Source of the DNA: a virus | Lineage: Duplodnaviria > Caudoviricetes | Length of the DNA stretch: 61,217 nt | Direction: 5' to 3' (one strand) | IMG/VR virus record: IMGVR_UViG_3300036835_000105 | Coordinates: 1 to 61,217 of that record | Shown here: positions 1-9,484 of the stretch, in pieces | Position numbering within the stretch: the first letter of the stretch is position 1 | Layout of the letters: each line of letters starts with the position of its first letter | The notes under the pieces: generated by a model | The model's input: only the letters and a program-made list of their open reading frames with translations | Told to the model about the DNA's origin: nothing | The model's database searches: none | Program-made: the position numbers and the translations under genes

Positions 1-127
1 CAGGGGCATTTCCTCAATCCTTATCTCTCTTCAGGTCGCACCACACCATAAAGGCCAGCACCAGAAGCGGCATGATCATAACCATCGCCTCCGGCCAGTT
101 CATGGGCGGGTCAGGGGGCATTTCTCA
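1..127. repeat. Terminal overlap, identical to 61091-61217 (circular assembly)
   Basis: First 127 nt match the last 127 nt; 127 is a common assembler k-mer. Confidence 0.95.
14..121 (-). CDS. Small membrane protein (35 aa)
   Basis: Hand-translated MPPDPPMNWPEAMVMIMPLLVLAFMVWCDLKRDKD; tightly packed with neighbours. Confidence 0.45.
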   Translation of the reverse strand: MPPDPPMNWPEAMVMIMPLLVLAFMVWCDLKRDKD

Positions 128-332
128 CCGTACCTTCCTGTGTCTCTACGGGCTTAACGACCGTCCATCCAATGGGGTCTTCCCGGAACCGGATCAGCCG
201 TCCGCAGCGTTGGCACTGGTAGATCGGCAGCTTGCTCCAATCCCTCTTGCCAAATACGCCCTCGATCACGGGACCAATAGGCTTATGTCCGAGCCAGCGG
301 CACAGCAAGCTATTTACCGAGAGCAGGAGCAT
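111..332 (-). CDS. Small prophage protein, DUF1660-like Zn-binding
   Basis: LLCRWLGHK and CQRC motifs. Confidence 0.5.
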   Translation of the reverse strand: MLLLSVNSLLCRWLGHKPIGPVIEGVFGKRDWSKLPIYQCQRCGRLIRFREDPIGWTVVKPVETQEGTVRNAP

Positions 333-524
333 TTCTTTAAATAAGCAAGAAGGAGAACCGCAACCCCATGCGACGTTTAATGTGAGTCAGTAGACCTCGA
401 CGGAACTACGGCTCTCCATTTGTTTTACTCTACCAAATCCTCATTTCGCTAGTGGGCTAGTGGGCATTTCTCACATCCACCATCACCCACACTACGACGG
501 CAAACCAGCCCACCACGCCAGCAG

Positions 525-740
525 TCAGCAACAGCTTGTCCCGCAGCCGCATTTCTTGATTATCTTACGCTTACACTTCGCACAAGCCACATATTGCGGC
601 AGCCACTCATACACACGAGTCTCCTTCCCGCACAGGAAGCACTCGAACGTCCCCATATACAGGTGGGCGGGAGGCCGGGGCTTGCGTTCCTTCCGTTCCT
701 TCCCTTCCTTCCGACGCGCTTCAACCCGGAGTCCCTCCAT
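525..740 (-). CDS. Small basic Cys-rich (Zn ribbon) protein
   Basis: CFLC...CAKC; ATG abuts a palindrome copy. Confidence 0.55.
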   Translation of the reverse strand: MEGLRVEARRKEGKERKERKPRPPAHLYMGTFECFLCGKETRVYEWLPQYVACAKCKRKIIKKCGCGTSCC

Positions 741-784
741 GTAGACTCTACATCCATCCGCTAATCCATCCGCTATCCATCCAG

Positions 785-1000
785 CTATGGCCTGAACTCC
801 TGCATGGTTTTGACAATCGAATCAACAAACTCCCGCTCCACCCCGCTGAGCCGCCACACTTCGCCCCGCAGGATCAGGTACAAAGTCATGCCTTCCCTGC
901 ACCTCATCTGCCCCAGAGTATGCACCCGCCAGCCCCACAGGCTGGCCGCCGCCCGAAAAGGTAACACCCAAAAGGACAGCAGAAACAAACGCCGCAGCAC
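785..1000 (-). CDS. Hypothetical protein
   Basis: ORF co-oriented in operon. Confidence 0.5.
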   Translation of the reverse strand: MLRRLFLLSFWVLPFRAAASLWGWRVHTLGQMRCREGMTLYLILRGEVWRLSGVEREFVDSIVKTMQEFRP

Positions 1001-1014
1001 AATCCAGCCCAGCC

Positions 1015-1449
1015 TTAAGGCACTTTTATGAACCTTGCATTGACATACGGCTTGCCCTCTTTATAGCTGGCTTTGATTTGATCAGCCGTCACCCCGTTTT
1101 CGAGCAACAGCCCCTTATCCAAAGTCCTCTTGCTCGACAGGCCGTTATAAACCAAGCCAATCTGGCCCCACCTCAGCCCCGCCAGCTCGAAGGCTGAGCA
1201 TATGCCGACCAGGGCCTCTTTGATCTCGCCCAGCCTTTCCGACTCCTTATCCATCCTGGCCTTCAGCTCCTGCGCTTCCGTCAGGAGCTTCTTGGCCGCT
1301 TCCATCGTGCCCTTGTCCAGGACACTAACCAGCGGCAACGACTCGCCCGTTACCGGCTTCTCGTCCTCCTCCTCCACCGGCCTGGGCGGCGGCAGATACT
1401 GCTTATGCAACCCCGCTGTAATCGGCATCAATCCCACGCCTCCATGCAA
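1015..1449 (-). CDS. Hypothetical protein (coiled-coil; start may be 1428)
   Basis: 144-aa ORF in replication operon. Confidence 0.7.
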   Translation of the reverse strand: MHGGVGLMPITAGLHKQYLPPPRPVEEEDEKPVTGESLPLVSVLDKGTMEAAKKLLTEAQELKARMDKESERLGEIKEALVGICSAFELAGLRWGQIGLVYNGLSSKRTLDKGLLLENGVTADQIKASYKEGKPYVNARFIKVP

Positions 1450-1607
1450 ATATGTATCGCTACCCCCTCCGTTGTCGGCAGCACCCGATACGCCCTTAGT
1501 TCCACCCGCAGGTGGTCGTCTATCATCCCGTCCAGCCAGCTCTCCGCTTCGTTGTCCGACGTGAACATCTCGCAGTAGTAGCTATGTGGCCTTATCCCTT
1601 CTGCCAT
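1428..1607 (-). CDS. Hypothetical protein
   Basis: ORF bridging polymerase and next gene. Confidence 0.5.
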   Translation of the reverse strand: MAEGIRPHSYYCEMFTSDNEAESWLDGMIDDHLRVELRAYRVLPTTEGVAIHICMEAWD

Positions 1608-3082
1608 CTCGTCAACACTTCCTTGTCGCTCTTGATCGGTGTTCGCCATGAGTTTTCTCCTGTCTCCTTATCCTCCATTACCCCTGAGAATCTGGCAACC
1701 ATCAGATCCCCAATTTCCTCCGCTATACTCTCCTCGGCCTCAACCAGCAACTGATCGTGTATGGTCAGCAACGGCCACACCTTTACCCCGGCCCCCTCTA
1801 ACATCTCGAAATCCTGATCCAATTCCCCCATCACTAGCTTGGTCTGTCCTGCCGAGGCGCTCTGTATAGGCATATTTCCTGCTTGTCTGAGTCCCGCACT
1901 CTTGATCCAACTATGAGTGCTATACACCTCAGGAACTCTTCTAACTCGCCCGAAAACGTCCCAGATATACCCATACCGTCTGGCTCTACGATGCTGTAGC
2001 TCCATGTAAGCCTCGACTTCGGGATATAGTCCGAACCATTTGTCGATAAAGGCATTGCATTGTTCCTCTGACCAAAACAACCCGCTCAACGCCAACTGCG
2101 CCTGCAACCCCACCGCTGTCGCTCCATACACGATCATGAAGTTGATGTTCTTGCAGGGCAATCGGTTGTATAGGGAGAAGTTGCTCCAGTCTCGAGCCTG
2201 TTCCTCCGTAAAGCTCCCGGCATCCTTCAGCCACTGGAGCATGGCATAGTGCCCCTCATCCAACCCGAACACCCTACACGCCGTATAACTATGAATGTCC
2301 TTGTCTTCCCTATACGCCTCGATCATGCTGGTTGCATTGGCGCAATGGGCTAAATCCCTTAACTCAATCTGGCTGAAATCACTACTCACCAAGCGGCACC
2401 CTGGACTGGCCAGAAACGCTTGCCGAATCCTCCCCCCTAACTTGCTCCTGGCCGGTATCTGCTGCAAATTGGGGTTCTTACTCGCCAACCGCCCCGTCTC
2501 CGTCCTGGTCATCAGCCACTCGGTATGCACCCGCCATGTAGACTCTACATGCACCTCTTCGCACAACGAGCAATATCCCTTTGGGTGCAGCCTCGCCTTT
2601 TGCGGTAAGGCATCGGCGAACGCCGACTTGAGCTTGCTACGCTCTCTGTAATGGAGAACCTTTTGGACAACCGGGTGGTCGTCACGGCAGAGTTCGAGCT
2701 GCTTCTTGCCGGTCGAAGCCTTCCCCTCTGCGGTCAGCTTAAGATTCCGGCCATTGCCTACCCCCAGCAGGTCGAAAAGAAGGATGCGTATCTGGAGGGC
2801 GCTATTTGCGTTGAGATCGGCGGTGCCCTGTTCATCTTCGATCTCGGCAGACTGGTGGCTGAACAGATCGAGTTTGTCAGCCGGGATGAACGATGCGATA
2901 TCCCGCTCTAACTCCTTCATCTCCTTCCCCAGCTCCACGCTGAACTCCCTCAGGTACTCGACATCCACCGCGATCCCATACCTGGACATCTTGCGGCACA
3001 TCCCGACCGGCAGCAGGTCCAACCTCCTGACGTTCTCCAGGTCCGGTCTCCCCACCACCTCTACTTCGCCAAATAAGCTCAT
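1592..3082 (-). CDS. polA: DNA polymerase family A, polymerase domain only
   Basis: TETGRLASKNPNLQQIP, motif A DFSQIELR, motif B RLPCKNINFMIVYG, motif C TIHDQL; start MSLFGEV overlaps the upstream stop (ATGA). Confidence 0.95.
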   Translation of the reverse strand: MSLFGEVEVVGRPDLENVRRLDLLPVGMCRKMSRYGIAVDVEYLREFSVELGKEMKELERDIASFIPADKLDLFSHQSAEIEDEQGTADLNANSALQIRILLFDLLGVGNGRNLKLTAEGKASTGKKQLELCRDDHPVVQKVLHYRERSKLKSAFADALPQKARLHPKGYCSLCEEVHVESTWRVHTEWLMTRTETGRLASKNPNLQQIPARSKLGGRIRQAFLASPGCRLVSSDFSQIELRDLAHCANATSMIEAYREDKDIHSYTACRVFGLDEGHYAMLQWLKDAGSFTEEQARDWSNFSLYNRLPCKNINFMIVYGATAVGLQAQLALSGLFWSEEQCNAFIDKWFGLYPEVEAYMELQHRRARRYGYIWDVFGRVRRVPEVYSTHSWIKSAGLRQAGNMPIQSASAGQTKLVMGELDQDFEMLEGAGVKVWPLLTIHDQLLVEAEESIAEEIGDLMVARFSGVMEDKETGENSWRTPIKSDKEVLTRWQKG

Positions 3083-3429
3083 AGCTCTTGATCTCTGTCG
3101 CAGTCTCCGTAGCAGAACGCGCAAAGCACCCGCTGGTTGCGCCCGCTCTTGCCGGGTCTGCGGCGGCCTGTATCGAAGAGCAAGCACTTGTCGATCAGCG
3201 CCGCAAACCGCGCCGTGATGGAGGAGTAGGAATAGCCAGGGTGCTTGGCCCGCACCTCGTCCGAAATGCAGCCTTGGGGGCCGAACGACAGGACGGTCTC
3301 GAACACCATCCATTCGAGGTTGCTCGTCTCAATCGACTCTGCCGCCTCGCGGGAGGTTTCCGGGTCGCAGGAGCGATAGAGCTTCCACACATCGGTCCCG
3401 AACTCATTCACCGCCATAGCGTTTCGCAT
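3079..3429 (-). CDS. Phage winged-helix-like hypothetical protein
   Basis: DPETSREAA...YSSITARFAALIDK...RPGKSGRNQRV pattern common in small phage proteins. Confidence 0.65.
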   Translation of the reverse strand: MRNAMAVNEFGTDVWKLYRSCDPETSREAAESIETSNLEWMVFETVLSFGPQGCISDEVRAKHPGYSYSSITARFAALIDKCLLFDTGRRRPGKSGRNQRVLCAFCYGDCDRDQEL

Positions 3430-3635
3430 TTCATCTCCTCGATCCCCTTACCCTGCCGCTTCTGGGTGGCATACGCCCCCTTCCACTTGCGAAACTCCAG
3501 CTCGTCCCGGTACTCCCGGATAATCACCTGTCCTCTCACCCTCAGCGTGATGCGATAGACCGGCTTCATCCCCGTATGCTCCTGGTGTGGTTCCGCCATA
3601 GCCGCCCCCATAGCCGCTCCGTATGCTCTGTACAT
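3408..3635 (-). CDS. Hypothetical protein
   Basis: TGATG coupling with upstream ORF. Confidence 0.5.
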   Translation of the reverse strand: MYRAYGAAMGAAMAEPHQEHTGMKPVYRITLRVRGQVIIREYRDELEFRKWKGAYATQKRQGKGIEEMKCETLWR

Positions 3636-3913
3636 CACTGCTTGACCACCTCCTTCTCGTCTTCCCGGAGCATGTCGCTTATAACCAGTCCGAACTGAAA
3701 CGCGGCCATAACCGCTTGCTGCACCCCGCTGGCCATCGCACTCGGTGTCTTCCCGTACCGTCTTACGGCTTTCACTAGGCAATCCTGGGAAAGCTTATGC
3801 ATCTGATCAAAGATGTTCGGGCAAGCCATCACCTCGATCAGCAACTCCAGTCTTTGATCAACCCACTGCTTGTGGTGCTTCTCAATCCCGGCTTCAATTT
3901 CTTCTAACTTCAT
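3635..3913 (-). CDS. Hypothetical protein
   Basis: 92-aa ORF in operon. Confidence 0.65.
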   Translation of the reverse strand: MKLEEIEAGIEKHHKQWVDQRLELLIEVMACPNIFDQMHKLSQDCLVKAVRRYGKTPSAMASGVQQAVMAAFQFGLVISDMLREDEKEVVKQ

Positions 3914-3922
3914 GGTTCATCT

Positions 3923-5281
3923 TCAGTCGGCATCCCCGTCCCGGATCTGCCAGTAGCTGTCCTTTCTGCGTCGTTCAAGTTCTCGGGCAACCTGACCTGT
4001 CCAGTCAGCATCGCCGCATGCATACCGGGTAGCTTTCTCTATAGGGGCATTCCCAATGCCCAATATCGGGTACTTACCGATCCGCGCCTCTATGTGCGCT
4101 GTCATCCACTCATTCACTTCGTCATTCCAAAACTCGTCCAGCCTCAGCCAGGGGTCGTAGTCTCCTGTAGACTCTACATGGCGTATCAATCTATGCAGCA
4201 ATTGCTCCAGCGGCCCTCGCTTGACGGTCTCTTTAACCTTGGTCTTGAGCCGCTTGACCTCGATGAGGCTGAGATCCGCGTGGGCTATCTCTAATGCCTC
4301 GACCATCCAGAGCGTGAGCGCCTCGATGCTGTAGGGGAGAACGATGTCCTCCCAGCTGGTCATGTTGTAGCCGAAGAGCCTATAGACCAGCGGCTTCAAG
4401 CCTTGGGGGAGATTTCCGAGGTGGTATGCCTCTTGCATCGTGTCACGAAAACATGCAAGTACGATCCCCATGCGCTCCAGGTCAGCAAGGTCGTGTAGCG
4501 CGTTGTGTAGTACGCCTTGGACTCCTCTGAGCCGTGCTCCCAAGGCTCCAATTCCTTCGGCATCGGAGGAAAGTACCATGTACGCCAGCCCCGGACGCGG
4601 AGAAAACTGAACGCTATACGGGTCGTTACCATGTGTCTCAGTATCGATTGCCACCACCATTCCCAGCGGAATCTCATTGACCTCCCTCCCTCTCGCGATC
4701 CGGTAATCGGTCTGGTAATCACCATCGACGCCGCCATACACGCCATACAGGCCGCGTAGCCTGTCACCCAACCCTTCCCAGTCCTCCAGCAACTGGGTCA
4801 TCCAGCGGCTCTCATGCAGCCCCAGCGCCGGATGATACATTGGGACGACGATGCCTTCCCAGCCGTACAACTTTCCCCAGAACGGTATCCCGTGCTGCGT
4901 GTCGAGCTTTATCCCCGGCATCAACCTGCACGCCGATCCGCCCATGAGCATCACGATCAGCGGCTCCGTCCTCTCTAGCTCCCCCGGCAGATGGTGCTTG
5001 CCGCAGCACACCACCTCCGCATCCGTAGGCGTCCGGTTATTATCCGCCCAGCACCGTACTGCGTTAACCACCCTGACCTCGCACCGCTTCCAACCGGCAC
5101 GCGGCAAATAGGTCTCGTTCAGCTCCTGGCCGGTCTTCCCGACAAACACCCGTCTCAGCCTCTGTTCATCCCTACCCGGCCTCTCCCCCACAATCAACAC
5201 TTGCGCCGGTTGCGGCCCATCGCCTTCAATCGGCCTATACTTCCTTGGGCAGTTGTCGCAGTACGGACAGTAAGGGATCAT
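3923..5281 (-). CDS. Family-4-like uracil-DNA glycosylase fused to PolA-type 3'-5' exonuclease
   Basis: UDG: CPYCDNC, IVGERPG, FVGKTGQ, NAVRC, MYHPA. Exonuclease: AIDTET, HNALHDL, DTMQEAY, YACGDA. Confidence 0.9.
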   Translation of the reverse strand: MIPYCPYCDNCPRKYRPIEGDGPQPAQVLIVGERPGRDEQRLRRVFVGKTGQELNETYLPRAGWKRCEVRVVNAVRCWADNNRTPTDAEVVCCGKHHLPGELERTEPLIVMLMGGSACRLMPGIKLDTQHGIPFWGKLYGWEGIVVPMYHPALGLHESRWMTQLLEDWEGLGDRLRGLYGVYGGVDGDYQTDYRIARGREVNEIPLGMVVAIDTETHGNDPYSVQFSPRPGLAYMVLSSDAEGIGALGARLRGVQGVLHNALHDLADLERMGIVLACFRDTMQEAYHLGNLPQGLKPLVYRLFGYNMTSWEDIVLPYSIEALTLWMVEALEIAHADLSLIEVKRLKTKVKETVKRGPLEQLLHRLIRHVESTGDYDPWLRLDEFWNDEVNEWMTAHIEARIGKYPILGIGNAPIEKATRYACGDADWTGQVARELERRRKDSYWQIRDGDAD

Positions 5282-5294
5282 GTGCTTGTAGACT

Positions 5295-6065
5295 CTACAC
5301 GCGCTCCTTGTCGAGGGCCGCAATGATCTGTTCGGCCCCGTCTTTCGCGATGCCCCTCATTTGCGCCCACTCCCGTACCCCCGAGAACGCGGCGAACTCC
5401 ATAAACTCGCGGGGCGTCTTGAAGTTCCTCCCGATATCCCAAGCCTTCCTATCGACCCCCGGCAACTGAGCCGCCAGCTTCTCGGTCAGCCCCGGCTCCC
5501 GATTCAGCAAGCTGGCTTTGCCGCGCCGTATCGGAACATCCGGCCCCGGCGCATAGATCTCCCCGATGCTGCGGTGTTCTTTGAATTTCTTTTGCCACCA
5601 GTGGTAGAGTGCCGCGTACAACGCCGCTGTCTCTCGGGTCGAGGACGTCCTTAACAGCGCCACCCCGGACGCCACCACCAACCCGTTCAGGAACGCCTGG
5701 ATCTGCCTGTACGTACAGGCTTCCCCCCTCACGCTCCAGAGCGGCATCCACTTGCCGTTCCGCCAGATCTCCATCTCCCCGTTCTTACCCGGCTGGAAGA
5801 TGTCCTCGATCAGCAGGTATATGTAGTCGTAGCACTCCCACATTCCACGCAACTGGTGCCCGACCAGCCGTCCGCTGGTCATGCTGTTGACGATGTCGTT
5901 GAGCCGCTTCCGCTCCACCCCGACCATGCATGGCCCGTCCGGTCCATTCCCCTCCCACAGGGCATCCCCGAACTCCAGGTGCTGCTTGATGACCGGGAAG
6001 TCGTAAGTCTTGGTCAGACACTCAAAGAGAGCGGTGTCCTCGCGGTCGTCCAGGATTAGGCTCAT
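5295..6065 (-). CDS. ERCC4/XPF-family nuclease (resolvase-like)
   Basis: LDDRE...LEFGD...VERKRLND motif with HhH-like C-terminus. Confidence 0.85.
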   Translation of the reverse strand: MSLILDDREDTALFECLTKTYDFPVIKQHLEFGDALWEGNGPDGPCMVGVERKRLNDIVNSMTSGRLVGHQLRGMWECYDYIYLLIEDIFQPGKNGEMEIWRNGKWMPLWSVRGEACTYRQIQAFLNGLVVASGVALLRTSSTRETAALYAALYHWWQKKFKEHRSIGEIYAPGPDVPIRRGKASLLNREPGLTEKLAAQLPGVDRKAWDIGRNFKTPREFMEFAAFSGVREWAQMRGIAKDGAEQIIAALDKERV

Positions 6066-6084
6066 TTACAGATCGGGAAACCGC

Positions 6085-6327
6085 TATGCCCCCAATTATG
6101 CCCCCAATTACAGCGGGAACTAGCCTACACTAGCGGTTTTTGCGTCTGTAAGTTGTTGATAATTGGTGGAGGTGGTGGCTGGAATAGGCTCAGCACGGGA
6201 CTCAAAATCCCGCGAGATTCACTCTCATGTGGGTTCGACCCCCACCTCCAGCACCAATCAATTCAACAACTTACGAGAAATTCCCTTTCCTCCTTCCTTT
6301 TCGTATGCCCCCAATTGTGCCCCCAAT
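6085..6327. other. attP: attP region: tRNA-Leu core, arm-type repeats and IHF-like sites
   Basis: T(A/G)TGCCCCCAAT tandem pairs at 6085-6108 and 6304-6327; inverted TAAGTTGTTGA/TCAACAACTTA (IHF-consensus-like) flank the tRNA fragment; adjacent to integrase 3' end. Confidence 0.85.
6196..6256 (+). pseudogene. 3' part of tRNA-Leu(CAA), attP core
   Basis: Anticodon arm CGGGA-CTCAAAA-TCCCG, long variable arm, T-arm GTGGG-TTCGACC-CCCAC, CTCCAGC-A-CCA end; no proper 5' acceptor or D-arm. Confidence 0.85.
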
Positions 6328-7436
6328 TGTTTGGCGGCGGCGGCCTCTTTCTCCATAAAACGCCTCATTTTGACCCCTGTATCGACGGCGTCCTCTTCTG
6401 CCTCGATGTCATATCGGTCAAACACGTTGTCGGTCAAATGGCCGCTGATCTGCATGGCTCGCTTCTTGCTGATCCCGGCCCTGACCATGTTCCTGACCGC
6501 TGTCCGGCGCGTGTCATGCATCAGTATGTGATCCAGCCCCGCGTTGTGCCGCGCCTTCTCAAACCCGGTCCTGGCCTGTTTCAGCCGCTTGCCCCGGTAC
6601 TGAAAAATGTACGGACATTTCGGATCGCGTGACTCCAGCGCCATCTGAAGATACTGCCGCATCTCTTCGGCATAGAGCGGCAGCGTATGCGCCTCGCCGT
6701 TCTTGGTGATCCGGTTCTTGGTCTTGGGGTCGAACCCCGGTATCTTGATGATGGGTTCGCTATAGCTTAGGTACGGCAGCGCCCAGTCCCACTGGAGCTT
6801 CAGCAGTTCGCCCTTCCTGATCCCCCAGTGATAGGCGAAACACCAGAGCATCTTGAGGTGATCCGGCAGCCACTGCCTGATGGCCAGATACTCCTCATGG
6901 CTGATAAAGCCTGTCCTGATCCCGGCCCGTTCGTCCATCTTCTTGATGGTGAAATCGGCCTTGGTCAGCTTGTCTTCCCGCGCCAGCTTCAGCGCCCGGT
7001 GCAGCCATGACACATGCCGGTTGATGGTGGCGTGCCCGACCTTGCCCTCTTCCAGCTTGAAGTCGATGTACTTCTTGACTTCCGTACTGTCCAGCTCCGA
7101 CAGATCCCGGTCCTTGAAATACTTCCCCAGGTGCTTCTTCCACTTGCGCGAAGTATCAGCCAGCGTCTCCCGGCTCTCCCTCCGGTAATCGGCCATCAGC
7201 AGATCGTGTAGACTCTCCACCGACAGCGCGACCGGCTTCTTCTTCTGTTCGTCCAGCTCGTTGCGCCATCGATCCAGCGCATCCGTTGCTTGCTTGCGCG
7301 GGTTCAGGCCCTCGATCTGGACGTATTTGTAGAGCGGCTTATCGGCCCACTCGGGGCGGTACTTCAACTGCCATAAGCCGTTCCCTCTGTCCCGGATGGT
7401 GCCGGTTCCGTAAGCGCGTTTTTTAGGTTTTGACAT
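6258..7436 (-). CDS. int: Tyrosine integrase
   Basis: GIRKGELL (R), TKN (K), HDTRR, ISGH, FDRY (Y); N-terminal arm-binding region. Confidence 0.95.
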   Translation of the reverse strand: MSKPKKRAYGTGTIRDRGNGLWQLKYRPEWADKPLYKYVQIEGLNPRKQATDALDRWRNELDEQKKKPVALSVESLHDLLMADYRRESRETLADTSRKWKKHLGKYFKDRDLSELDSTEVKKYIDFKLEEGKVGHATINRHVSWLHRALKLAREDKLTKADFTIKKMDERAGIRTGFISHEEYLAIRQWLPDHLKMLWCFAYHWGIRKGELLKLQWDWALPYLSYSEPIIKIPGFDPKTKNRITKNGEAHTLPLYAEEMRQYLQMALESRDPKCPYIFQYRGKRLKQARTGFEKARHNAGLDHILMHDTRRTAVRNMVRAGISKKRAMQISGHLTDNVFDRYDIEAEEDAVDTGVKMRRFMEKEAAAAKQLGAQLGAYEKEGGKGISRKLLN

Positions 7437-7469
7437 GTCGTCAATTATATCTCAGATGCACGGGACTTT

Positions 7470-7769
7470 TCAATCTTTTTTTAATCCCTTGATGAACTCG
7501 TCCAGGTCGCAGATATCGAACTGTAGCTTCCGGGTCGGCCTGACCGGCTTCAGCTTGCCCTGGTTCACCAGATCCCTGACCGCGTCCTCGCTCAGCCCCA
7601 GGTACTCGGCTGCTTCCTCCAGGCTGAACAGCCGCTTGGTCCTGTACTGTATATGCTGCAACCGATCCGCAACGGCATCGGCAATCGCCTCGACAAAGCC
7701 GTCGCTCCTCGTCTCCCGTCCCACCGGCTTGCGCGAAAGACTCTGTAAAATGTCGCTGGCTCTTTCCAT
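7470..7769 (-). CDS. xis: Excisionase / HTH_17 DNA-binding protein
   Basis: LFSLEEAAEYLGLSEDAVRDLVNQGKL, directly upstream of int. Confidence 0.8.
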   Translation of the reverse strand: MERASDILQSLSRKPVGRETRSDGFVEAIADAVADRLQHIQYRTKRLFSLEEAAEYLGLSEDAVRDLVNQGKLKPVRPTRKLQFDICDLDEFIKGLKKD

Positions 7770-8549
7770 CTAGCCCCACTCCCCATCCGGGTAAATCAAC
7801 GTCGCAATATAAGCAAACCCGATATCTTCATCCGTAATCACTTCCCCAATCAGCTCATGCCGGTCCTGGCACAACCTCACCGTCACGCTAAAGGTATGCT
7901 CTTCCTTCTTGGTATCGGGCGGCCCGGTAAACTCCAACATGACATTGGTGTTGTACTCCAGCTTCGACCACCCACTCGGCTGCCACCGATCCGTGGGCTT
8001 ATCGTTCTTCCAGATCTCTTTCGCCTCATGCGCCAGAAACACATGCTTGTGCTGGATACTCGCCAGCAACTGCTTCATCTCGGAGTTATACGTCCCCCGG
8101 TCCCTGGGCATGATCTTCTGATCCCGCCCATAGTTGGCAAACAGCATATCCTCCGCTAATTGCGTCCCGGTGTCAATACAAATCGAGTCAATATCCCTCC
8201 TCTCGGCCAGAGAGAACACCGTATCCTTGACCTCATTGATGTGGCTTCTATAGAAAGCCTGGGCCGCGTCGTTGTTCATCAGCGCCAACTGCATGGGATT
8301 CTCGAGCCTCACCAGATCTCTCTTCGGCAGCACGATCTTCCCGTTCTTAACTCCCAGTTCTTCTACCGCTCTCTGGAGCGTCCTTCGACACTTCCGATCC
8401 AGGGGGACGACGCCTACTTTTCCGGGCATCGTCGCTATAAAGCGTGTCTTCCCGCTGCCCCCTCTCCCGAACCCCGCTATCGCCAGCTGATCCGCCACTG
8501 CCTCCGTCAGGTCCGTAAATTCCACACGATGATGCGTAATCTCTTTCAT
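7770..8549 (-). CDS. AAA_24/Sak4-like ATPase
   Basis: Walker A GRGGSGKT, Walker B ICIDT, FLAHE. Confidence 0.75.
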   Translation of the reverse strand: MKEITHHRVEFTDLTEAVADQLAIAGFGRGGSGKTRFIATMPGKVGVVPLDRKCRRTLQRAVEELGVKNGKIVLPKRDLVRLENPMQLALMNNDAAQAFYRSHINEVKDTVFSLAERRDIDSICIDTGTQLAEDMLFANYGRDQKIMPRDRGTYNSEMKQLLASIQHKHVFLAHEAKEIWKNDKPTDRWQPSGWSKLEYNTNVMLEFTGPPDTKKEEHTFSVTVRLCQDRHELIGEVITDEDIGFAYIATLIYPDGEWG

Positions 8550-8728
8550 ACTCCTCCGTGATCGTCTTGACCTGGGGCCGCATACTCCGACTCCCTATGT
8601 CATTCCAAACCAGCAAATACCCCCTCCCGCACCCCGGACAGACCCCCTCCCTCCCCTCGCTCTCGACCCACCTGTCGCACACGCACTGAAACTCGTAAAC
8701 CTCTCTGGGCCTTGGCTTTGGCCTAAAC

Positions 8729-9385
8729 TCACTCCCCATAACCAGCCTCCCTCGCCTTGTCCAAATGCTTGAGAACCATGAGCCGTGTAGACTCTACATC
8801 AGGGGGCGGATAGCGAACTAGGTAACGCTTATATACCGGCCCCGAATTTCTGTAATTTCCATTGACAAAACAAATGTGATATCTCACTAGATTTGCTCCG
8901 TATCCCCAACAATAACCGCGACCCTGCTGACACCAATACCAGGATTCCCGCAATAATTCGTCGCCGGTTTGGACCTTTTTCCAGGTCAATTTAAATTCCT
9001 CAACACAAGGTTGATCACCGTGGTAGCTCCTCTCGCCCAGGCTTAAGTCCATAGGCGAGATGCCGTCGCAAGTCATCGCAACTCCCTCCCGAATCACCTC
9101 TCCCGGCTGCCAATGCATTGAAGGATAAAGACTTGCCGCAAATTCCTCGAACGCTATCCCTAACGCCATCTTGAGCGGCAAGCGTTCCTCATCCATGTCC
9201 GCTACGATTTTCATCAGCCCCGCCTGACCGGCCACAAAGCGCAATATGCCGGATAAATGCATCCCTTTTGTTCGTTCGGCCTCTTTAATCCGCCCGGTTA
9301 GCGCGATCTCACGGTCAATAGGGGATCTGATTTTCAAATCCCCTACGTCCAGACACACTTCGATCTCTTCCAGAATTACCGGCAT
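8729..9385 (-). CDS. PD-(D/E)xK (RecB/Cas4-like) exonuclease
   Basis: GIAFEE...TCDG...EEFKLT...QQGRGY; in recombination module. Confidence 0.75.
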   Translation of the reverse strand: MPVILEEIEVCLDVGDLKIRSPIDREIALTGRIKEAERTKGMHLSGILRFVAGQAGLMKIVADMDEERLPLKMALGIAFEEFAASLYPSMHWQPGEVIREGVAMTCDGISPMDLSLGERSYHGDQPCVEEFKLTWKKVQTGDELLRESWYWCQQGRGYCWGYGANLVRYHICFVNGNYRNSGPVYKRYLVRYPPPDVESTRLMVLKHLDKAREAGYGE

Positions 9386-9484
9386 TTGTTTGGGATCTCT
9401 ACTTCTAAAAAGGTCGGGGATTATGTCGAAAGCTTACCCTGTCTGAAAACTCATAATCCCCCTACCGCAACACGCGGGTAACTT

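Noticed and set aside
1-127. Biological direct terminal repeat
   Set aside because: Exactly 127 nt (typical k-mer) and cuts through ORFs; best read as assembly overlap of a circular or permuted genome
3083-3313. N-terminal extension of the 573-aa polymerase ORF
   Set aside because: Overlaps 3079-3429 in another frame; the ATGA-coupled start at 3082 is more plausible
6165-6256. Functional phage tRNA-Leu gene
   Set aside because: 5' acceptor strand is mismatched and no credible D-arm exists; position by int fits attP
8347-8739. 130-aa ORF with CVC/CPGC Zn-ribbon
   Set aside because: The 5' half fills a gap and may be real, but it overlaps the ATPase gene by about 200 nt; too uncertain to list
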